Assembly: GCA_039630415.1 (NCBI GenBank)
Contig: JBCNVB010000011.1
Span: forward strand, 987-64,986
DNA: 64,000 nt
Direction: 5' to 3'
Origin: a bacterium
GTDB taxonomy: Bacteria; DRYD01
A model generated the notes under the pieces. It worked only from the letters and a program-made list of their open reading frames with translations. It had not been told where the DNA came from and did no database searches. The first letter of the stretch is position 1. Every line of letters starts with the position of its first letter. Shown here piece after piece: positions 58,664 through 64,000 of this stretch. The position numbers were made by a program, and so were the translations under genes.

Positions 58664-60055
58664 CTATGGGAAAATACCTAATTGGTTGTATGCAATAATT
58701 ATTTTTTCGAGAGCAAGAACAAAAGCTGCTGTCTTCAAATCTAAGTTCTTCTCTTCCGATTTATTGTAAATACTATTAAAAGCACTTATCATACTCTCAT
58801 ATAAACCCGACTTGACTATATCTTCCTCTGTAAAACTGTTAACTAAATTACGATGATCTATCTTTCTACCTGTTATTTTTTCTATCTCCTGAATTAATTT
58901 CAAATTGTTTTCTTCTCTTAGTCTCTTTTCTAACCTTCCAAACCTTACATGTGATAAGTTTTTGAGATATTCAAAGTAGGATACGGTTACCCCACCTGAA
59001 TTAAAAAGTATATCTGGTATCACTAACTTATTGGCTTCAACAAGTTTATAGTGAGCTCTATAAGTAGTAGGTCCATTTGCTCCTTCAGCTATTATCTTTG
59101 CTTTTATCTTGGAATAGTTTTTTTCATTTATAACATTTTCAAGAGCTGCCGGAACCAGCACATCAGCATCAACTTCTAAACAATCCTGAGGATTTGACGA
59201 AGAAACTGCATCAGGAAAACCATAAACTCCTCCCTTAACCTTAACATACTCATACAGATTATCTACGTTTATTCCCTTAGGATTGTATATCGTACCAGTC
59301 ACATCTGCTATTGATACTATCTTAACATTATTATCGTATAGGAACTTGCATAAAAAGTATCCTACATTTCCAAATCCTTGAACAGAAAAAGTAGCGTCCT
59401 GGAAATTATTTGAGACATTATATTTTTTCAAAATATCTGTTCTTTGGTTAAAAAGATACTCCAGTATGTAGTAACCCCCTAAACCGGTAGCGTATTTTCT
59501 TCCTCTGATACCTCCTTGTTCTATGGGTTTACCTGTTACACAAGCCAAGTAATCAACTTCCTTGGAAGACAAAGTAGCATATGTATCAAGTATCCAAGCC
59601 ATTTCTCTTTCACCGGAACCCATATCGGGTCCGGGAACATCTATCGAAGGACCTATAAAATTCTTCCTGTACAACTCAAATGTATATCTTCTTACAATTC
59701 GTTCCATTTCACTTTCAGAATAGTTTTTAGGGTTAACTTTTATTCCTCCCTTAGCTCCTCCGAAGGGTATGTCTGTTATAGCACATTTATAACTCATTAG
59801 GGCTGCTAATGCCATTACCTCATCTAAGGCTACATCAGGACTGATTCTTATTCCACCCTTAGTGGGCATCTTATGAAAACTATGATGTGCTCTCCAACCA
59901 TATATCGTCTCTATTTGACCATTATTTCTTTTTATAGGGAAGGATACACTTATAACTGATCTACATTGCTTAATAAGTTCCAGTAAGTTAGGATCAGCTT
60001 TAACGTACTTTGTTGCTCTATCTACGAATAAATTAACTTCCCTAAAGAAACTCAT
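58664..60055 (-). CDS. gdh: Glu/Leu/Phe/Val dehydrogenase family (glutamate dehydrogenase-like)
   Basis: KCAITDIPFGGAKGGIKVNP (catalytic Lys region) and the dinucleotide fold VQGFGNVG. Confidence 0.85.
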   Translation of the reverse strand: MSFFREVNLFVDRATKYVKADPNLLELIKQCRSVISVSFPIKRNNGQIETIYGWRAHHSFHKMPTKGGIRISPDVALDEVMALAALMSYKCAITDIPFGGAKGGIKVNPKNYSESEMERIVRRYTFELYRKNFIGPSIDVPGPDMGSGEREMAWILDTYATLSSKEVDYLACVTGKPIEQGGIRGRKYATGLGGYYILEYLFNQRTDILKKYNVSNNFQDATFSVQGFGNVGYFLCKFLYDNNVKIVSIADVTGTIYNPKGINVDNLYEYVKVKGGVYGFPDAVSSSNPQDCLEVDADVLVPAALENVINEKNYSKIKAKIIAEGANGPTTYRAHYKLVEANKLVIPDILFNSGGVTVSYFEYLKNLSHVRFGRLEKRLREENNLKLIQEIEKITGRKIDHRNLVNSFTEEDIVKSGLYESMISAFNSIYNKSEEKNLDLKTAAFVLALEKIIIAYNQLGIFP

Positions 60056-60080
60056 ATTTACCTCCTAGTGTTGTTACTTA

Positions 60081-60896
60081 TTAAGTTAGGAATTCTCCGC
60101 CATCTACGTATATCGTGTTGCCTGTAATCCAATATGAACTTGGATGAGAAAGTAGCATTATCGCATTTGCTACATCGACAGGAGTTGTTAATCTTTTACT
60201 TGGATTATACTTTTGAGCTTTTTCGATCATATCTTCGTGACCTGGTATTTTCATCAAAGCTGGTGTTTGTGTAACACCTGCACATATAGAATTAGCTGTT
60301 ATACCGTATGGAGCTAGTTCTAAAGCTAGTTGCCTTATATGTGATTCTAATAAGGCTTTGGAAGCTGATACTGGACCATACGATTTCCAATTTCTGCTAG
60401 AACCTATACTTGTCATAGCAAATATTCTGGCATTTTCTGTAAACATATCATTTATAAAGAGCTTTTGAACCCAATATACTAAACAATTTGCCATTACATC
60501 TAATGTCATTTCTAATTGGTCTTTTGAAACACAATCTGGGCCTATATAGGGTCTTAGTGATCCAAAAGCTATTGAATGAAGAAAAACTCTTATTGATTTG
60601 GTCCCTAGTTGATTTTTAAGTTCAGATATTATTTCATCGATTTTAGAAATGTCTGCAGCGTTGGTATTATAAAAGATAGCTTTTCTATTCATGTTGAGAA
60701 TAGTATTTTTTACATCTATAGCGTTTTGTATGGTAGATTTTCTGTCTAGGTGTATGCCTACTATATCCATGCCGGCTTTTGCTAAGGCTATAGCTGTTGC
60801 TGCTCCAAAACCTGAAGATGCTCCAAGTATTATCGCCCAGTCCTTTAAAGTAATAGGGTTTTTTACCGATTCTACTATACTTTCTACTTTAAGCAT
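60081..60896 (-). CDS. SDR-family enoyl-ACP reductase-like protein (FabI/FabL type, Y-x6-K)
   Basis: ILGASSGFGAATA cofactor loop, and SYGPVSASKALLES giving Tyr-x6-Lys spacing as in FabI/FabL. Confidence 0.6.
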   Translation of the reverse strand: MLKVESIVESVKNPITLKDWAIILGASSGFGAATAIALAKAGMDIVGIHLDRKSTIQNAIDVKNTILNMNRKAIFYNTNAADISKIDEIISELKNQLGTKSIRVFLHSIAFGSLRPYIGPDCVSKDQLEMTLDVMANCLVYWVQKLFINDMFTENARIFAMTSIGSSRNWKSYGPVSASKALLESHIRQLALELAPYGITANSICAGVTQTPALMKIPGHEDMIEKAQKYNPSKRLTTPVDVANAIMLLSHPSSYWITGNTIYVDGGEFLT

Positions 60897-60946
60897 ATCT
60901 TTTATCTTTTGTCCGTATATTTTTATACCGCCTAGCGGACAGGCAG

Positions 60947-62647
60947 TTATTCTATTTTCTCAAATTCGACTATAATTTGCTCTATTTGTTTAAAGCTTTC
61001 TTGCCAAAAACTACTATCTCTAATATCTAGTCCTACTGATTTTAGAACCTCTTCTGGTTTTCCTTTACCACTATTCTTCAAAATTTCTACATACTGGTTA
61101 TTTGATATCTGTCCTATAGTATATAGGTTATAAATAGCCAACCCTATTAATAAGCCTAAAAGATATGGGTAGTTATAGTAGTTGGATGAGTAATAATGAG
61201 GTTTTGTAATCCACATGTATGGATGGAATGAATTTAGACTATCGAGATAGATTTCTTGCTGGGAGTCTAACATAAGATTGCATATTTCTTGTGAAGTCAG
61301 GATTCTTTCTTTCCTTATATTTATTAGTTTGTCTTCAAACAAAAAGCGAGACAATATATCAACGACTACTACACTTATGGTATGTAAATAGCTATCCAGG
61401 ATCTGTTTTTTCAGATTGGGGAATATTTTGAGTGTATTATTTCTAGTGATTGTTTCTGCTAATATGCTGGCTGTTTCTGCCATGATTAAAGGACATGATC
61501 TGTATAGGAAAGTATTTTGTGACATTAGCCAATTATGATAAGCATGTCCTAGTTCATGAGCAAGAACTAGTAGAGAATTAACAGAATCATCGTAGTTTAC
61601 TAGTATTCTTGATTGTTTATCATGGATGTAAATACAAAAGCCTCCACTTACTTTCCCTATCCTTGGTTTATAATCTATCCAGTTTTTTTCAAAAGCATTT
61701 AGAGCCATGTTGTACATATCTTGTGAAAATTCAGCAAAATTCCCAAGTATAAATTCCTTGGCTTTATCAAAATCAAACTCCACTTTTTCATGATCTTCTG
61801 TTGGTGCGGATAGATCATACCATTCTAATTTTTCTAGGTCTAAAAGTTGAGCTTTCTTATAAAAATATCTCCTAACTATCGATAAATTCTCAAAGGCAAC
61901 TGAAAGTACTATATCTAATATCTCTTTGTCGATTTGATTATGGAACAAGGATTGTTCTAGTACTGATTTAAACTTCCTTTTTTGACTTACGATAATTGAA
62001 TCCCATTTAACTGAGTTGAGAATTCTGGAGAAGATATACTCATATTCTTTAAATAATTCTATCTCTGTTTCGTATGTTTTTTCCCTTATATTTCTGTTGC
62101 TACTGTTATAATTTTTTCTTAGCTCGCTTATGGAGATTTTATTTCCTTCAAACTCTACTTTCAAGTTTGATATTAGCTCATTATAAAGAGATTTCCATTC
62201 GGAATTGGAAGTTATAGATAGCTTGCTGTATAAAATTTCTTCTTCTTTTGTCATCCGATGTTCGTAATTTTCTTTACATTTGAGAATAAAAAACCGGTAT
62301 TCTTCAATTGAGGGATTGTATTTAGCTATTATTTCTTCTAGCTTTATGGTTAGATAGTGAATGCTGGAATTAATTTCATACAGAATCCCCTTAATTTTTT
62401 GTGCTTCTTGGTTAAGACTATCTATTGATAGAATGCAAGTTATATAGGATTGAGCTTTCCTTATCTTTTCTAATAATTTTTCATACTCTTTAATAAGATC
62501 CGGAATTTGATGTTCTTCAATAGATTCTTCAACCTTTTGTTCTAGTTGTAAGATTAGATTTTTTATGTTTGTAAGGTCGAGATATACATCCTTTATATTA
62601 GGGTAGATTTGTTCTAATCCCCAGGTACTATCTATCTTGCTCTTCAT
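60947..62647 (-). CDS. pepF: Oligoendopeptidase F (M3B)
   Basis: HELGHAYH zinc motif with a downstream ETASILAE. 566 aa. Confidence 0.85.
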   Translation of the reverse strand: MKSKIDSTWGLEQIYPNIKDVYLDLTNIKNLILQLEQKVEESIEEHQIPDLIKEYEKLLEKIRKAQSYITCILSIDSLNQEAQKIKGILYEINSSIHYLTIKLEEIIAKYNPSIEEYRFFILKCKENYEHRMTKEEEILYSKLSITSNSEWKSLYNELISNLKVEFEGNKISISELRKNYNSSNRNIREKTYETEIELFKEYEYIFSRILNSVKWDSIIVSQKRKFKSVLEQSLFHNQIDKEILDIVLSVAFENLSIVRRYFYKKAQLLDLEKLEWYDLSAPTEDHEKVEFDFDKAKEFILGNFAEFSQDMYNMALNAFEKNWIDYKPRIGKVSGGFCIYIHDKQSRILVNYDDSVNSLLVLAHELGHAYHNWLMSQNTFLYRSCPLIMAETASILAETITRNNTLKIFPNLKKQILDSYLHTISVVVVDILSRFLFEDKLINIRKERILTSQEICNLMLDSQQEIYLDSLNSFHPYMWITKPHYYSSNYYNYPYLLGLLIGLAIYNLYTIGQISNNQYVEILKNSGKGKPEEVLKSVGLDIRDSSFWQESFKQIEQIIVEFEKIE

Positions 62648-63476
62648 GGTTTGAATAGGGTTTTGAGTATAGGTACAGGATTATTTTACCCCAAGTAGCT
62701 AGAGCTATAAATACGATATTGGAAAGTTTTCTTAGTTTTGCTTGTTGTTCATAAGTTTTAGCTAAGCCCCAGGTTATTGCGGACGTCCATATCCCATTTG
62801 AAAGATGATAAGAAATAGAGTATATAAATGATATGTACATTAGATATCCTATAGGTGCTAATGGTCCTGAAAACCAAACATTTACTTTCTGATAAGTATA
62901 ATCCCTTTTAGAGGGAATGTTGAATTTTTTTCTGAACCAATCGGGTAGGTACTCATTAAACCTTATTGTTACAAGATGAAAAATAAGTGTTTTTAGTATA
63001 ATGTAAGCAGATATTCGCTGTAGAATATACCTATAGTTTGTTTCTGTTTTTATTCTTGTATCTATTTTACCTCTACTTAGAAGTATAAGTCCTATGACTA
63101 TGTGAGATACTAAGGGTAAATAAATTCCAAAAATTTCTATTATTGGGAAGAGTGGATTTTTATGAATTGATTTAGAAAGGTTGTTAAGTTCTTTTGGATT
63201 GTAGGCTAGGGAATTATTGATAAAATGTGCTACAACAAAACCCCCAATGAATATCATACCTGTCAGCGAATGTATTCTTTTGTATAGAGAATATGGAACA
63301 CTATCTAGTGTATTTTTTATGTATAATAGTGGTTTTATACGCAGTATGGTATTTGAGTTATTGGTATATATTGGTGCTAATTTGTTTGTGGAATTATTTT
63401 TGATCGCGTTATTTTTGATAATTTGTCTACCTATAAATACTCCGCTTAGTAAGCCTATTCCAATTAAGAGAAGCAT
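62628..63476 (-). CDS. Succinate dehydrogenase/fumarate reductase cytochrome b558-type subunit homolog (orphan)
   Basis: It aligns by eye with Bacillus-type SdhC: YKRIHSLTGMIFIGGFVVAHF, IEIFGIYLPLVSHIVIG, LQRISAYIILKTLIFHL and ISYHLSNGIWTSAITWGL, with the haem-ligand His positions retained. It has an extra ~55-aa N-terminus with a TM helix. Confidence 0.7.
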   Translation of the reverse strand: MLLLIGIGLLSGVFIGRQIIKNNAIKNNSTNKLAPIYTNNSNTILRIKPLLYIKNTLDSVPYSLYKRIHSLTGMIFIGGFVVAHFINNSLAYNPKELNNLSKSIHKNPLFPIIEIFGIYLPLVSHIVIGLILLSRGKIDTRIKTETNYRYILQRISAYIILKTLIFHLVTIRFNEYLPDWFRKKFNIPSKRDYTYQKVNVWFSGPLAPIGYLMYISFIYSISYHLSNGIWTSAITWGLAKTYEQQAKLRKLSNIVFIALATWGKIILYLYSKPYSNHEEQDR

Positions 63477-63490
63477 TTGTATTCTCTCCT

Positions 63491-64000
63491 TTACCCGAGT
63501 AGTGTTTTAAGTTCATTTTGTTTGGTTGATTCTATTGATACTTCTTCCTTTCTAGTAGCCCATACGGGATAAGGAAAGGTTATTATGAAAGGTACGGGAC
63601 AATCTGGCTGTGATATTATCATATTTCCTGGTTTTAGGATTACAACTCTTTTTTTGATATCCTCCCTTAAGAAATGGTATAATCCTTTTGAAAGTTCAAA
63701 AGAATCTGATCTACCTATTACTCTAATTGCGCAGTTAGATATGACTCTAGAATCTATTTGGCTTGCTGTTTGTTGTGCTCCTATTAGGATTATTCCTAAG
63801 CTTCTTCCTCTCTCTGCTATGTCGATTAATACTTCTTTTATGGGTGTTTCTCCTTCTTCAGGGCAATACTTATTTAATTCATCTACGACGAAAAAGTACT
63901 TATACATGTCATTCTCTTCTTCCTTTTTCAAGTAGATTAAATACAAAATTGAAGAAACTACGAAAAGTTTAGACTTTTCATTCAGATTATGTACATCAAT
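63491..64000 (-). CDS. HerA/DUF87-type ATPase, C-terminal part (the gene continues beyond the window end)
   Basis: FFVVDELNKY (Walker B-like) and RGRSLGIILIGAQQTASQIDSRVISNCAIRVIGR match the HerA/FtsK-like ATPase C-terminal pattern. The frame stays open from 63946 to base 64000, so the track start (TTG) is an artefact. Confidence 0.65.
   Translation of the reverse strand: MDVHNLNEKSKLFVVSSILYLIYLKKEEENDMYKYFFVVDELNKYCPEEGETPIKEVLIDIAERGRSLGIILIGAQQTASQIDSRVISNCAIRVIGRSDSFELSKGLYHFLREDIKKRVVILKPGNMIISQPDCPVPFIITFPYPVWATRKEEVSIESTKQNELKTLLG

Noticed and set aside
1-64000. Given the extreme AT bias, I considered an alternative genetic code (TGA as Trp or Gly).
   Set aside because: Conserved proteins (ribosomal proteins, FtsK, RecG, AsnRS and others) are full length with no internal TGA. 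Several end on TGA exactly at the expected C-terminus, for example at 717-719, 3243-3245 and 42854-42856.
1-64000. I searched for mobile elements, integrases, toxin-antitoxin pairs, restriction-modification systems, CRISPR-cas, tRNA and rRNA genes.
   Set aside because: None was recognised by eye. The only methyltransferases are a small DPPR-motif enzyme in the 20.9-29.1 kb operon and a decayed one in the glycan locus, and neither has a nuclease partner of restriction-modification type. A tRNA/ncRNA scan with covariance models would be needed to exclude small RNAs formally.

Overview
This is a strongly AT-rich bacterial chromosomal segment that is almost entirely coding. It uses the standard genetic code: TGA, TAA and TAG all end full-length conserved genes. 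I recognised no rRNA, tRNA, CRISPR array, transposase, integrase or phage genes. Gene content in order: (1) a lipid kinase/phosphatase fusion, two CBS/CorC-type membrane proteins and a Ycf45-like R3H ATPase, at 1-4.8 kb. (2) A degenerate GGDEF protein, an M48-like protease and HtrA on the minus strand. (3) ftsK, usp, recG and mrp. (4) A 1444-aa alpha-2-macroglobulin (A2M) carrying an embedded pseudopilin-like domain, followed by a lone prepilin-type gene. (5) der and a solitary flagellar rod gene. (6) A tightly coupled six-gene operon at 20.9-29.1 kb, made mostly of uncharacterised proteins and ending in a 1466-aa TamB/AsmA-like protein. (7) rpsB, a membrane-anchored CofE-like protein and comEA. 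(8) A surface-glycan locus at 31.6-39.8 kb with about 1.2 kb of decayed genes in its middle. (9) An S10-spc type ribosomal protein cluster at 41.2-49.6 kb. It jumps directly from L6 to L36-S13, so L18, S5, L30, L15, secY, adk, map and infA are absent, and it stops without S11, S4, rpoA or L17. (10) A canonical ruvX/yqgF interrupted at an A9 run, a MetE-like gene and birA. (11) A minus-strand block: sigma factor, asnS, cvpA, a DUF4388/Roadblock protein with an 11 x 18 bp coding repeat, and an isolated rplJ-rplL pair. (12) cca, gdh, a FabI/FabL-like reductase, pepF, an orphan SdhC-type cytochrome b and a 5'-truncated HerA-like ATPase at the window edge. The best candidates for something new are the A2M/pseudopilin architecture with its prepilin neighbour and the six-gene operon at 20945-29107. 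All family assignments come from reading motifs by eye, with no database search.
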